Positions 12,591 through 26,654 of a stretch of 63,864 nucleotides of DNA are shown here, one piece after another. The notes beneath the pieces are model-generated. The model saw only the letters and a list, made by a program, of their open reading frames with translations. It was not told the origin of the DNA and did no database searches. Each line of letters starts with the position of its first letter. Position 1 is the first letter of the stretch. Both the position numbers and the translations under genes were made by a program. The DNA comes from Malacoraja senta (taxonomy: Eukaryota), in assembly GCA_038087875.1 (NCBI GenBank), contig CM075986.1, positions 7,750,001 to 7,813,864 on the forward strand, written 5' to 3'.

Positions 12591-14224
12591 GTAAGTTGCA
12601 TTATATTTGCATGTTCTTAACTTTGTCATAAAAGAAAAAGTGAGAGATGTTTTAACCTGTGCAATTGCTATTGGGCGTTGCCTTTAGCTATGCAGAAGCA
12701 TGCTGATCCAAGATAATTGAATGTTAAATGTGTCTATCTAGATTTCAAGTACATTTACCCACCTCCCTCACATCTTTAAGCTGCCAGCTGTAAAATTAAC
12801 TGTTAATGCTGTTGCATCCTGTTTTCTTTAACATTCCCAGAGGAATGGAAGAGCCTTCTCATACCAGACTTCATATTGTTCATATTGCAAGAAGTTCATT
12901 CTAAAAAGCAAAAAGGTGCAAATGCTAAAAATCTAAATTGAAAACAGAAAATGCAGGAATCGTCAACAGATCGGGCAGCATCTGAGCAACAGAATTAAGA
13001 TTTCAGGTTAATCGTGAATGGTTTGAACTGTGATAGGAAGATCTGGAAGATTTATGCCTGGGAAAGAGTGAATGGAGGAAGGTTGTGAAAGAATCAGGGA
13101 GAAGTATAGTCGGAATTGATTGGGTCTTGTTAATTAAGGGTATTTGGTGTGAGTGGAAGGTCAGGTGGCGAAAGGGTTGTGAGAACTGCTTTGGCTGATT
13201 GGGGCCTGTAGTTGTGTGATCATTGCCTTGCTCAACAATTCCCTGTGGATGAGGATTGATTAGGAGGCCTACCACAGTTGTCTTGGGGTAAAGGGGCCCT
13301 AGAGGATTAAGAATAAGTAAAAGATTTATCCAGGTCTTTCCTTGTATGTGTTACTAAAATATGTTTGCTCTGAGTGTGCATGGTGATTATTCCTGAAATT
13401 GTTCTAAGAACCTCTGCATTGGTCCTAAAAGAGCATTGCACAGGAACTAACTTAACGATGTGCAGAACAGATGTGAAACTTGCATTGGGACTTTTGGACT
13501 TTTGCATGGAAATGCCTAGCTAAGTCTCTAGATAGATACAAATTGACGCAGAAATGGCCATAAACAATTCACTACTTGAAAAATGATTTTCTCTCAATTA
13601 CAAAATACTGTAAACAACTGTAATGCAATTAGATTTGTATGTGATTAACTTAGCGAGCTCCTGTCTCTCAAATTTCCCTTTTGCCATTCCTGTGGCTTGC
13701 TGTGTTGAGGCATTATCGATCAGCTCACAGGGATTTGCAAAAGTCCCTATATAATTGTACGTGACTAACAATAGCAATAGGTGCAGGGGTAGGCCATTCG
13801 GCCCTTCGAGCCAGCACCGCCATTCAATGTGATCATGGCTGATCACATGAGCACCTTCATTGACTGCTCTTGATATTCGCTTCTTATGATAAATATTTAC
13901 TGATTTAAAAGGAATAGACCCTAAAATGAATTAATTTATTTATACTCCCCCAATGATTTTCTGTTGCATGTTTAACATGTTTACAATGTATGATTACTTA
14001 ATTTTTATGGATAGTGTTTTGCATCGCAAACGTTTTGTGTGTGCCATCTCTATCAAAATATTACACGTGGTATTTGATTACTTCCAATTTCCCTTTGACT
14101 AGACAACGATTTGTCAGCTTAATTTATTCTTTGTGTTTAATTATTGAGTTTTGATGCCAATCTTTCATTTTAGTTATTGGTTGATATTTCTGATATGTTC
14201 TGACTAAATCCCTTTACTTTCAAG

Positions 14225-14490
14225 TCAATGTCTGAGTTCAAGTCCCACTCCAGAATTGCCTTTTCAATACACAACTGAGGTGACAACTTCCAGTTAGAAT
14301 GTTAAAGAAATGTCTCTTTATCCTTCGCGGATGGCAAATATGTTATGGTGTTATTTTGAAGAAGCCCAGGAAGTTCTCCCTAGCATCTTTTATTTTCAAA
14401 CAGTGAAAATGTGCTGAGGACAGAAAATCTACTTCTGAGATTTCTTTGTATGTAATTTAGCCACCATGTTTATTCCAATTCAACAGTAAT
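14225..14490 (+). mobile_element. Deu-domain SINE (SacSINE/AmnSINE-like), old
   Basis: GAGTTCAAGTCCCACTCCAG head and ATGGTGTTATTTTGAAGAAG...GTTCTCCC core. Similar to 28940-29280. Confidence 0.6.
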
Positions 14491-14884
14491 TGGGCAGCAG
14501 CTGAAATTCTTGAGGGGAGAGTAATAATGGGAAATAGGAAAAGGCAGATTCTTAATAATGATTTTGAATCAGTCTTCATGCTACAAGGCATCAAAAAAGA
14601 TTTCAATAATAATAATGAAAGGGTTTGAAAGGGGGTGGAAATTTCAAAAGATTATATCACTTAAAATATTCTGCAAATTAATTGGTATAAGGACTGACAC
14701 GATCTCAAGACCTATTGGTCTGCATCATGCTCTTAAAGGAAATAGTAGCAGAGGTAATAGATGTGTTCATTGTCATCTTCCAAAATTCTAGAGGTATTCA
14801 GCGGATTCGAAAAGAGCAAATATAAGATTAATATTGAAAAGAGACGGAAAAATGTCAATCAAACCCTGCATGATGAAAATCCAA

Positions 14885-15000
14885 AAACTGCAAAAGCTGG
14901 AAATCTGAAATAAAAACAGAAAATGCCAGAAACAGTCAATGGGTCATGCATCATTTGTGGAAGAAAAACAGTTTTGAATGTTTTAGCTCAGAGACCTTCA
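14885..15000 (-). mobile_element. Old Penelope-derived short repeat
   Basis: ACTGCAAAAGCTGGAAATCTGAAATAAAAACAGAAAATGC... has the same layout as the 46415 and 59356 copies. Confidence 0.6.
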
Positions 15001-15269
15001 ACAGAGGCAGGACCAATATCCTTGCAGTAAGGTTTGCTATCGCTATGGCAGGAGTTTTAAATTAATTTAGCAGGGTTGGGTTCAGAAAAGTCAGACTTAA
15101 AACGAGTAAGTAACTGCAAAAAGCAATAGGAGAGATAAATGGTACCAAAATAAGAAATTAAAAGCTTTAAACTGGACCACGTGGGTAAATGCATGGTGTA
15201 TTAAAGGAGATGGGTGAGCTTCATTATTACATTGTGGCAATAACTGAGACCTGACTGGAAAAGAGTGTG

Positions 15270-15400
15270 TGGAACAAGGAACTGCAGAGACTGCAGTTTA
15301 TACTAAAGATAGACATAAAGTGCTGAAGTAATTCAGCGGGTCAGGCAACATCTCTGGAGAAAAGGGATGGGTGAAGTTTCGGGTCAGGACCATGCTTCAG
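15270..15400 (-). mobile_element. Penelope-derived short repeat with mutated hammerhead core
   Basis: Reverse complement begins CTGAAGCATGGTCCTGACCCGAAACTTCACCC. Confidence 0.8.
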
Positions 15401-15779
15401 TTTTTTCCTTTGTTTTATAAAAATAAATTACATCTTGCTGATATCTTGAACAAAGACAGTTGTTATTTTAATCAGCATCTCCTTGGCACTATCTGATCAA
15501 TTTCTGATCTAATTCTCCATCTATTATTCAACTGTTGCATTTTATCCTCGTCTGTGCAATCTTGATATAGAAAATCCATTATTGCCACAGATTGATACAA
15601 GTATAGCAGCATATGAATTACAACTTACAGGGCAAAAATAATAAACAAGACCTTCTGCTTCAGGACGTGATCATTCCATGCAGTTCTTCGACAACGTAAA
15701 TGTGTCTGCAATGCATGATTCTGGCGGCATATCGAAATAAATTACTTAAAGCCTGGTGTGGGAGAAGCTATTATAACAT

Positions 15780-15822
15780 GAGGTGTGCTCTGTCATAATC
15801 TGCTTATGACAGAGCACACCTC
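15780..15822. repeat. Perfect 19-bp inverted repeat with 5-nt loop
   Basis: GAGGTGTGCTCTGTCATAA-TCTGC-TTATGACAGAGCACACCTC. Confidence 0.95.
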
Positions 15823-16499
15823 GTTATTTTTGAATAGAATTCAAATGACAAACATAACAATTATTAATACAAAACAAATCAAGCCATGTACTTTAAACGT
15901 ACATTGGAAGCACTTATTTTCATTAATTATTCTTGCCTCCCTCTTGCCCATTAGGGGGAGTCATTCTGCTGTGTAGTGCAAAGACTACATGGAAAACACC
16001 AAAACAGTTTTGTTGCAAAGTCCCGAATAGACTTGTTGCTTTCCAAATTTACAAAGCAAAGTCGGTGTGTGTTTTCATTTGACATGAATTTAAGCAATTT
16101 CTGAATAATGAAATGCATACAACTTTGTCAATATAGTTACAAAGGAGAAACTACAGCGTTGAAAGAGATAAAAATAATCGAGAATGGATTTAGGAGAATA
16201 GAAGAAGCAAATCAATTTGAGGTAAAGTGAAGGGCATGATGGAGTTAATGGTAGAGAAACAATCTGAGCAGCTGAAGATATTTACATCACTAATAAATCA
16301 AGAAGGTAGGAAGTACAGAGGGCAGATATTGGCTAAAGAGGGCATGGAAATGGCATGTATGTTGTTGCAGGAGATGGAGCCAGAGACTATGGGATTTATC
16401 TGCCTAGCGTGTGTCAGTAGAAACTTTGGCCCATTCCAACCTTTCCTCATAAAAAGCCTCATCCATTTCTCACATCAATTCAGGAAAACCTTCCATGAG

Positions 16500-17630
16500 C
16501 TGCTTGCAATAAATGAATATACATCTCAAATAAGACCAACACTAAATTGTACACAGTTCTCTAGATCTGCTGTCACAAGTGGCTTATATGACTGAAGCAT
16601 AACCACCATATTTTTGTGTTCGTTTCCCCAGTAATACACAAATACATTTGGTTAGTTTTCCTTATTACTTACTGTACCTGTATACACCTTTTGTGAATAA
16701 TGCAGCAGGACATTTCCGTGCTCTGCAATCTTTCACCATTTAGTTATTATAATGTAATTCATATTTTCCCAGATCTTTGCACAATTACTTAATTATCTAT
16801 ATCTCTATGAAGCCTCCTGTGTTCTCCTTTATTTCCTACCTTTGTGCCATCAGCAAATTTAGCAACAATACCATTAGTGTTTCATCTAAGTTATTTACAT
16901 AAATTGTAAACAAAATATTGTTAACAATCTTGGAACCCAAATTTAAGCAACCAGTTCCAAAGCCTTCTGTCACCAAGATTTGACTACGAATCATTTAGTA
17001 ACTAACTCTGGGACAGAAGTTGCATTTAAATAGTTAAAATTTGAGACTCTAGTACTTAACCCCACGGAACACCACAAGTTACAAGTTCCAGACCAGAAAA
17101 AGACCCATTTATGTCTATGCTGCTTCCTGTTAGCCAGCCAATCTTCTGTCCACTCTAATATGATCTCCTTCACCATGGCTTTTGTTTTTTGCAAAAAATC
17201 TTTGATGCAGTACCTTATGAAATGACTTTCACAAATCTAAATATAGTGTAACAACAATTCTCTTATGCATAGCATAAATCACTTGTCTAATAAATTGGCC
17301 ATACATGATTTCCCCTTCAAAAAAAACCATGTACACTTTGACTGAATATCTTGAAGTGTTTTGGAATGATATCTTTAATAATAGCTTCTAACTGGCTTAC
17401 AGTTTCTGACTTATGAATGAAGGATCTGCTTTTGCTATTTTCAATCTAATAGAGTTGTAAAGTCTTATAGCACGGAAACGGGTTCTTCAGCCCAACTGGC
17501 CCATGCCAACCAAGATGGCTCATCTAGCTTGGTACTAGTCCCACCTGCCCGCATTTGGCCCATATCCCACTAAATCTTTCCTATCCATATACCTGTCCAA
17601 ATGTCTTTTTGTTGTTTTATAGTACCATAA
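16500..17630 (-). mobile_element. Degenerate CR1 RT fragments plus a separate CR1 3' tail
   Basis: Minus-strand remnants (ILEWTEDWLANRKQ in ORF 16991-17194; AAATTTGCTGATG at ~16850). The tail ATAGCACGGAAACGGG...CCCAACTGGCCC lies at ~17465. Confidence 0.7.
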
Positions 17631-19587
17631 AAAACAAAAACACTTCAAATGGAATCAGTAAATGAATGGATGACAAGATATATATAAGAAAAGGTTAGGA
17701 GATCAGTTAGATTTTGGTAAGGAAAGAGAAATTATTAAAATTGTTATTTTTATTAAGCTCTTTAACCTATTCTAAAAACACACATAACTAAAAGACTAAT
17801 TAAGGTAGGAATAGGGCCACTAAGGGATGTTCAAGATAAGGTCCGAGCATAAATTTGAAATAGTACTAAAATTTTGTAGTTATTTAGGGCCCTATTAATA
17901 TTAAACGGCAAATTTGAGCAGGCGAATTAGCTGGATGAAACTATCAATTAAACCCACCTTGTCCCAAAGCCAATTACTGTCATTTAACAGTAGCTGTTCT
18001 CATGCCATCTTCACCCTGCTGTGATAGGTATGAAGTTTATGAACACATGTAAATCAAATGTAAATTGAAATTAACTGCTGCATTTCTAGTTTCCTAGGAG
18101 TCAGGAAATTCAATTATGAAAGGAAGGTGAAATAACTTCCCATTTTATCAGAAAGGATAGTGGTCAGGGGACACAAAATTAATAAAGATTGTCAAATGAA
18201 TGGAAGATGATTGGGATGAGACAGGAAATTGGAGTCGAGATCGAGATCAGATTAACCATATTCTTAGTAAATGTCAAGCTGGGTAGAGAAGACACAGCTA
18301 CTCATTCCTTTTTCTCATGTTATTAAATGTTCAGAACTCATCTCCTTTGGTTTTCATTGGTTTTTGTGTTTGGTGTGAGAAATTGAGAAATTTACAGAGA
18401 GAATTTTCATGGTGTGCTCATGATGCTCTGCTACTGGATCTGGTGCAACTATCCTTTATTTCACACTCGTGTGATAGATTGACCTAGTAATGGAATATGC
18501 TTGCATTTAGTATTTGGCTGTGATTATATGAATTGATTATTATAAATATTTAACAAAATAATACATTTGTTTATGAAATTGATCCCAGTTGTCAAATTTT
18601 CATTACAGCTAGAATTCCCCTTTACTTCTCAGCCTAACGGGAAGGAGAGTTAATTCATCTGATAAATGCAGGAACATTTTATATGACTTTAATGTTTAAT
18701 ACATAACATTACATAAGTATTTCATGGAAATAGATGCCATCTAAGTATTGAAGTAATGCAGTTATCTATTAAAGTAATGTAATTGTTTATCCATGGTTGG
18801 TCTGCACTGAACTGGGTTCCACGTTGCAAAGGAAAGTTAAACAATTTTGGTGTAAATAGACAACAAAAGCATTTTCTGCTTTCTCCTGATTCTTAGGCAA
18901 ATTTAGTTAGTTTATCGAGCCTTGGCAAGTGCATTATTCCAATTGGCTATTGTTCAGCATGGATGGAACCTGAGTTTGCATGGAATTGATATAAGGGATA
19001 ATATCTTGCTGCTTGGCACTCCATTCATGCCCAGGGTTACCATCCATGTTTCCCAGGGTGGCACTTGAACGTGTCTGTGTGCAAGCAAATGTGGAGGGCC
19101 CATCTTCCTAGTTCTCTGCTAGTATTTCAGGGCAAACAGGAGACTGCCTTAAAATGATTTTGACATAGTGGAAGTAAAAGCTCTTATTATTATAGTTTTA
19201 AATAATTTAAGTATTAAACGATGCCAAATGATTAAATTGAAGTAAATGATGAAACAAAATTAGTTAAAATTACAAAGATGAAGATAGTGAACTAAAATAC
19301 CTGAGTAATTGCATAATTTATTTTCTTAGTCACTTACTTTAAAATAACCATCACTTTTGCATTGATTGAAATTAGTAGGGTCTGGGACTCTGTGCTGAAT
19401 TGATAACAAAATAATGATGAAAAAAAGTTCACTTTTGTCATGTACACTAAGAAAATAATTGCTCCAGGGTGCATTGAAGCCAGAGCAAAAATGATTTAGT
19501 CACTAACAAAATATCTTTGGACCAGTGGTAAAATGAGGAGAGAGTTAATTAATTGGTTTGCTTAAATATCATGTAAAAGTAGATAAA

Positions 19588-20300
19588 ATCACAATCACAA
19601 TAATACTTTATTAGCCAAGTATGTTTTGCAACATACGAGGAATTTCTTTTGCCAAGTCAGTCATACAAATAAAAAGCAACGGAACACACAAAATACATTT
19701 TAACATAAACATCCACCACAGTGACTCCTCCACATTCCACGCTGTGATGGAAGGCGAGAAAAAATTCAATCTCTTCCCTTCTTTGCTCTCCCGCGGTCGG
19801 GGACCTCTAGCCCTCCGTTGACAGGACGATCTTGACTCCTGTAGCCGGCGGCGTTTGGGCCCTCCGCATCAGGGCGATCAGCTCCTGCATCGTGGGGGGA
19901 TGTCAGCTCCCCCGTGCCGGCGATTGGACCCTGGGTCGGGGCTGGTCGAACCTCTACATCGTTGGAGCACCCGACTTGGCCTCTCCCGACACTGCGAGCT
20001 CTCGATGGAGCATTCCCAGGCAAGGGATCGGCTCCGATGTTAAGTCCACGCCCCGTGGTGGAGCTCAAAGTCAGTCCGAGGAGGCCTCCCGCTCCACCGA
20101 TGTTAGGCCGGCCGGAGATATGAGCCGGAAAACAATCGCATCTCTGGCAAGGTAAGAGACTGGAAAAAAGTTTCCCCCCACCGCCTCCCACCACATAAAA
20201 CAAACCGGAGAACATTTGCACAAACTTTTATAACACACTAAATTTTTTTTTTTTAAGACAAAAAAACAGACAGACTGGTGTAGGGGCTGCCAATCGTGCA
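19588..20300 (-). mobile_element. Non-autonomous ~720-bp GC-rich retroelement with Rex1/Babar-type 3' end (copy 1)
   Basis: Colinear with 49592-50332. The minus-strand 3' end is AAATTCCTCGTATGTTGCAAAACATACTTGGCTAATAAA plus a (ATTGTG)n tail. Confidence 0.8.
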
Positions 20301-20699
20301 GCCGTAGAACAGGCCATTACATTCTGTTTTCATCATATCAGAGTGGAATAAATTGTTCATTTGGTTGTTGGTGCATTTGAATTTGAGTTATTTTTAAAGT
20401 AAATGACAAGGTTATATCGTCCAAAATAAGAATAGAAGCTTAACATTCCTAAATCAAAAATGCCTGCCACTGAATATATTTAACTCTACAGAGACTAAAC
20501 TGAGCGTCTGCAATTAAAGTCCCCCTTTACAGTAGCTATTGACTCCTAGAATCTCACAAATCTCAAACATGAATAACTGCAATTCTTTCAGAGGATGTAG
20601 CGGAACCAAGAGAATTCTAAGATTACAATTTTTCATTCCAATATATCTTACAGGTTTGATATTCCTTGGAGGCAGAGAGAACAACTTTGTTTTCAGGAC

Positions 20700-21360
20700 T
20701 CAAGAATGTTTTATTGTCATGTACTGAAACGGAGCAGTGAAATTCTTACTTGCAGCAGCACAACAGTACTCAATAGATAATATAATAAACATAATGAGAA
20801 AGAAGTACAATAAATTAAAAAAAAAAAACAATAGTGCAAAAAACAAACAAAGCCCCAAAGTCCCTGGTTCTCGACGAGCTGCGGCCATATCCCAACAACA
20901 GGCCTGGCTCGCCCGCAGCGGAACCTGTAACGCACCCGGGAGAAGCCGCCGAGCTTGTCCCTGCTCACCCTAAAGTCCTGGAATCAGAGAGGAGGATGGA
21001 GGGAGACGACGGCGGACGCTGGACAAAAAGTCCAGTAAGAAGTACGAAGATCTTATCTTCCGCATCCTCAAGCTGCTGGTAAATACACCCCCGGTCAACA
21101 AGGGCTGAAGAGGGCCATGCAAGGAGAAGGACAACGGTTGGCGGAACGACTGGAATGGAGGCGACGGCTGCAAAGGGGCCTTTGTGGCCAGCTGCAGCTG
21201 GGATTGTAAAATGGAGACTCTTGCATGGCCATTCAGTGGGCTGTTCTGTACATTCCATATTAACCAGGATATTGTGCTTATGTATGGTGAGTATGCAAAC
21301 AAATATTTCACTGTGCCTTGGTATACGTGATAATAATGAAACGATTGAACCATTGAACTT
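20700..21360. mobile_element. Two back-to-back non-autonomous LINE-tailed elements (minus ~20700-20970, plus ~20980-21360)
   Basis: Minus-strand Rex-type tail TTTATTGTCAT...GAAATTCTTACTTGCAGCAGCACAAC (also at 47990). Plus-strand tail TTTCACTGTGCCTTGGTATACGTGATAATAA (also at ~31215 and ~59215). GC-rich interior. Confidence 0.6.
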
Positions 21361-21619
21361 GGCAGTATAATGGCATCGTACCGCCGTACTACAACTTCAG
21401 AAATAACCTGGCAATGTAACCACAGTAATGCCTGGGAGCTGTGTGTGTATATATAGTAGCGGGGAAAAGAAATGTTGTATGACAGAGCTCTAAATTTAGA
21501 TTCAAAATAGTGCCGGGAGATGTGCAACTGAGTCAAAAAGTATTCTAAGATCGCTGTTTTTCTTTTAAATATGCAGAATAAATGGATATTATATTATAAT
21601 TATTTTTCTGTTTTTAACA

Positions 21620-21700
21620 GGGCGACATAGTGTTACAGCGGTAGAGTTGCTATCTTGCAGCGACAGAGACTCTGGTTCAATCCTGACTATGGGTGCTATC
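21620..21700 (+). mobile_element. V-SINE 5' tRNA-like head, truncated
   Basis: CAGCGGTAGAGTTGCT...GGTTCAATCCTGACTATGGGTGCT. Confidence 0.75.
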
Positions 21701-21704
21701 TGAA

Positions 21705-23480
21705 TAGGCCCTTCGGTCCATGATGGCTATGCTGCACACAATGCCAAATTAAACTCATCCTTTCTTCCTGCACTTGATCCATATCCCTCCATTCCATGCC
21801 TATTGAAAAGCCTCTTGAACACCACTATCAAATCTGCTTTCCCCCTCTCACCTTACAGCAATGCCTTTTAGTCTTTGACATTTCCACCCTGGTAAAACGA
21901 TTTTGACCATCGACCCTATCTTTGCCTCTCATGATTTTATAGTCTTCTATCAGGTCTTTCTGCTGCCTCAATTACATCCGAGAAAACAATCCTAATTTGT
22001 CTAACCTTTCCTTACAGCTAATACCCTTTAATGAAGGTAGCATTCTGGTAAACCTCTTATGTACCCTCAAATCTCCACTTCGTTCCTGTAATAGGGCGAC
22101 CAGAACTACACTTAATACTCTAAATACTCTTTACCACTCTATATATTGGTGTTGCTACCGACTCGGAGCTATGGTCTTGGACCTCGGGTTCCCTCTGTAC
22201 ATCAATGCTGTTAAGGGTCCTGCCATTAACTGTATACTTCCTCTTACATTTGACCTCCCAAAGTGCAGCACCTCACACTTGTCCCAAATAAGCTCAATGT
22301 AGCATTTCTGTGCCCAATCTGTAACTGATCTACATTCTGTCGAATCCTTTGATAACCTTTGTCACTGCCGCAATGCCACCAGGTTTAGTGTCGTCGACAG
22401 ATTTATTAACCAACCCATCTATATTTTCGTTCAAATATCACAAACAACAGAGGTTCCAACACTGATCCCTCTGGAACACCACTGGTCACAGGCCTCCAAC
22501 CAGAAAGATAACATTCCTTTATTACCCTCTGCCTTCTATGGGGGTAAGCTAGTTCTGAATCCAATCAAACAAGTCACCATGGATCTCGTGTATCTAATCT
22601 TCTTGATTAGCTTACCCTTGATGAGCTTATTCTCATCAAATGCCTTACTAATGTCCATGTAAACCACAACTACTGGCCTACCCTCAACTGTCACCTCCTC
22701 AAAAAAACTCAAATTAAGTTTGTATGACATGACCTACCGCAAAGTAATGCTGACTATCACTAATTAGCCCATTCTCTTCCAAATATGAGTAATCCCTAAG
22801 AATGCTCTCCAATAACTTCACTTCCACTGATGTGAGTCTTACCTGCCTTTAATGTCTTGGATTATCCCTATTCTTAAATCAAATAACAACATAGACTATG
22901 ATCCAGTCCTCTGGAACCTTGCCTGTGGCTAGAGATGGTACAAAGATCCTTGTTAAGGCCCCAGCAATATCCTCTCGTGTCTTTCCTGGGATAGATCCCA
23001 TCAGACCCTTGAGAATTATCCATTTTAATGCTCTTTAAGAGACCTAACACCACCTTCTTGATCTCAAAATGCCTGAGCACACTGGTATCACTGTCCTCCA
23101 TGTCTTTTTTCTTGATGAATATCAATGCAATGTACTCCATTAATACCTCGTTTATATCCTCTCCAAGAAAAGTTCCCTTCTTTATCATTGACCTAGTTGT
23201 GGTGTTGTTTTTAATGTGTTTATAAAAAGCTTGGGGTTCTCAATGATGTTTAATAGGCCCTCCTTATTCCCTGATTGAATTCTTCCGTGCTTTATTTATT
23301 TTTTTCAAAGCCCCTATCTAATTTAATCTTCCTAAAACTTACATATGTGTCATTTTTCTTTTTGATCAAATTTGTAACCTCTCATCATCGGTCTCCTTAC
23401 CGTGCCAATCTTGCTCCTCTCCTTACTGGAGCATGCTGATCATGAACTCTGATTAGCTGGTCATTAAACAACTCCCACAT
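21705..23480 (-). mobile_element. Old CR1 LINE ORF2 fragment (~1.8 kb)
   Basis: ORF remnants VVYMDISKAFD (22536-22730) and VLGLLKSIKMDNSQGSDGIYP (22874-23188), with a CR1 tail at ~21705. Confidence 0.85.
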
Positions 23481-23957
23481 GGCAGATTTGTGTAGGATTA
23501 ATTCACATCCTTGTATTTTTTGTGCGTGAGATTATGGTATGGATGATATACATTGTTGTCTTGGCTGAAGTTGGTAAATGAGACTGACCATGATGAATGA
23601 TCAAGGACAGGGAGTGGTTGTGGACAGGAATGTGGAGCTGGATGAAAGCCAGTGACTTAGCTAGGCCTCTAAGAATTTGAAATTGAGTCTAATTATGGAC
23701 AGGCGTAGAGCCTGGGTTGTAATGGGTGGTGATGTTGCAGAGTAGAATGAGTGTGCTCACACAGCAGTTTAAAATGTTCATGTCTGGAGGGTTTGCCCAA
23801 AGAATTTTGTGAAGTAGTATTTCATACAATCATGTAACTGGTGGTGAAATGTCTGAGGATGTAGCCAAGTTAACTAGTTGAGGATCCCGGGTTTATTTGG
23901 ATATGACTTAATTATGACTCAATAAAATGATGGGAAATTCTGCATCAATAATTGGCT

Positions 23958-24092
23958 AGCGGAATCAAGGGATATGGGGAGAAGGCAGGAACGGGGTACT
24001 GATTGTGGATGATCAGCCATGATCACATTGAATGGTTTTGAAGGCTTGAAGGGCCGAATGGCCTATTCCTGCACCTATTGTCTATGTATCTA
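23958..24092 (+). mobile_element. CR1 3' UTR fragment
   Basis: GGAATCAAGGGATATGGGGAGAAGGCAGG...GATCAGCCATGATCACATTGAATGG...CTATGTATCTATG. Confidence 0.9.
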
Positions 24093-26216
24093 TGTTATAT
24101 ATGGTAATCTTGCAAGCGTTGAATGTTGGGTGGTGTCTCTGCATTTAATGAACAAAAATACAATGGAATTCACATTTGTTTATTCCTGTTTGATCTACTT
24201 CATCTACAGCATTGAAGTTCATGGTAGAGGTTTGATCTTGCAATTGGTCAATAAGGAATAATATATATCTGGACTGCATTTGCAGGTGGATGTTTAATTT
24301 GTAATAAAAACATGAGAACAATATGTTCACCATCAAGGCCATGATATATTTACACATTTTAAAGACTGTTGACTTTGACAGTTGGCATTTTAGCACTGGG
24401 TAGACGTATGAGGGAAATTTTTTGCAACATCATCAGAATCACCTGAAGCACAACTGACAAGATGGGAATTGCAGGAGTGGACATAGGATTGTAGCAGATG
24501 TTTGCGAGCAATGCAATGCACTTCTCTCTGAGCAAATGTAATTAACTCTATGCTGAAGGCAAAGTTGATCTTATTTTTGCCCTGGGATTTACTGAAACTG
24601 ACTTTCAGAAGAACATTGCTTGATCTTGTACAATTACAGTTTGTGTAGTTCAAAAATGTAATATGATGAATTGTTAATGTTTTTTACAGTTAAACATTTT
24701 AATGGCACAGCATTTATTGGGTGGGTTAGAAGAAGAATAAAGTCCGGAAGTGAGGAACTCAGCAAGGCTATTTCCTTAGCTTCTGCAGTCGGCAAACACA
24801 GGAAAACAGTAACCTGTTACAGACGGGAAAAAATGCTTATTACAATAAAATGGTTGAAAATTACCAGATTGGAGATAAGTCACCAAGTGCAGAGCTATTT
24901 TAAGACCATTCTATTCAGTTTTCAAACCAGCAGATTTTGTTATTGATGTACATGAAGTAAGTAGCAATTGGAATTCAGATCTGTTTTTCTGCTGCTGTTC
25001 CCAAGTGCCATTCCTATACATGCTGTTAGATCTGGAAACGTTATTATTAAATAATGTATAAAACTTATTTTAATGTCTTTTGTTTAAAGGCAAACCCTAC
25101 ATGAAGATATATATACAGAATAAAGTATTGAGTAATTCTAACAGTTTAACAGTTAAACCTCCAGTTTAAATTCCATTTGGAATATTTTGGAGGACCAAGA
25201 AACCAAGAACCAAGAACAGTTGGAGGAAAATTGTCTAGCGAATTAATCTAGATTATTAAAGGAAAGCTATTCTAGTGCTAGTCATTGGGAGGATACTATA
25301 ACAAATGCTCCGTTAAATCTTCAGCTTTCCTTTAAATGGGATCAATGGAATGTAGGGATCCTACACGTGGCAGATTGCACTGGTGTGGATGGGAAAAACC
25401 TCAAACCAGTTGTTCATCTATAATTCTAGGGAATTTTAAGGGTAAATATGGAGAAAATTGAGCAGTATTCTTTTTCCTCTAACTCGTTAATCATAATGTG
25501 CATCTCCAATGAGGATTTTTATGTGCTGAGATATTGAAGGCCATGGTGCTCCCCAACAGTTTGTTTGTTCTATCCAATATGTAACATTGGCATTATTATG
25601 CCTAAAATCTGAGTATGGGCTATTTGTTGCCAGATTATATTTATTTTAGCCTCTGGTGTTTGCTTTAATAGACAATATTCAGTTCGTAAGATCAAGACAA
25701 TAGAAGCAATCGAGTTATGAAAACACATGATAATGATTCACTAGTGCCATACATTGAAGAGATCCGAGGAAAGATTAAAGAGACTGCCTTTTTAATCTGG
25801 AGAGCAAATATTTGAGATGGAACATCACAAAGGTAGAATATTGTGTTCAATTATAAAATATTTAGAAGAACATTTTGTATGAAGAATTCTTAATTATTTG
25901 GAATGTTTTCCAAGGTCAGGCAAGATTCTGGACACTTGAAATTGAGCTAGGTACTGGGTTAAGAATATTGGATTACCAAGGGGATGTGCTTCATTTGGCC
26001 CGATGGTCTTCTGTCAAAGTCTGTTTTCTTCCCGTTGTTGCGGCTTGTCAGACTTATCACTTTCACTAATCCTCTGCTCCTGTTGACCTGTTGGATTTAA
26101 TGCTTATTGTATCAGACCTTGAGTGGAATGACAAACTATTTTATTTATTTGGAATGAGATATTAATTATAAATTAAGTAAACAATATGTCAAACCTGCTA
26201 ATGCTGATTAATACAT

Positions 26217-26305
26217 AAAAGGGTCTCGACCCAAAACGTCACCTATCCGTGTTCTCCAGGGATACTACTTGACCCGCTGAGTTACTCCAGCACTTTGTGT
26301 CCTTT
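26217..26305 (+). mobile_element. Penelope-derived short repeat
   Basis: AAGGGTCTCGACCCAAAACGTCACC...CCCGCTGAGTTACTCCAGCACTTTGTGTC. Confidence 0.85.
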
Positions 26306-26654
26306 TAAGAAAACATTGTTTTCCGAAATAATGTGCAGTTCATTGAAAAAGATAAATATATTTAATATGATGAACAACACATTCTATTTGGAAACTTAAT
26401 CTTGCTGTAATGATAATGGATTTTTTTTTGAGAATTTGGTGCCAAGCAGAGAATGCTCTTGCATAAAAATACTATTAAGTGGAATTACTTGTAATGTGTA
26501 GAATGAACAGCAACTTCATAATTTACAGAGGATGTTTATGAACTTCAATGCAGATACAGTAATTTTTACCCTGAAAAATATTCTATAAAGTTTTTGTTAC
26601 ATTACTTATCTTTTGATTAATCTTCAAAATGAACAAGTGAATGTGTTTATTTGA

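Noticed and set aside
19766-21536. ORFs of 100-190 aa, also at 49680-50249
   Set aside because: They lie in GC-rich non-autonomous repeats, and the frames are not preserved between the two homologous copies.
25672-25831. AG...GT-bounded segment ending ATG GAA CAT CAC AAA G
   Set aside because: Weak donor (GTAGAA), stops in all frames and no other support.
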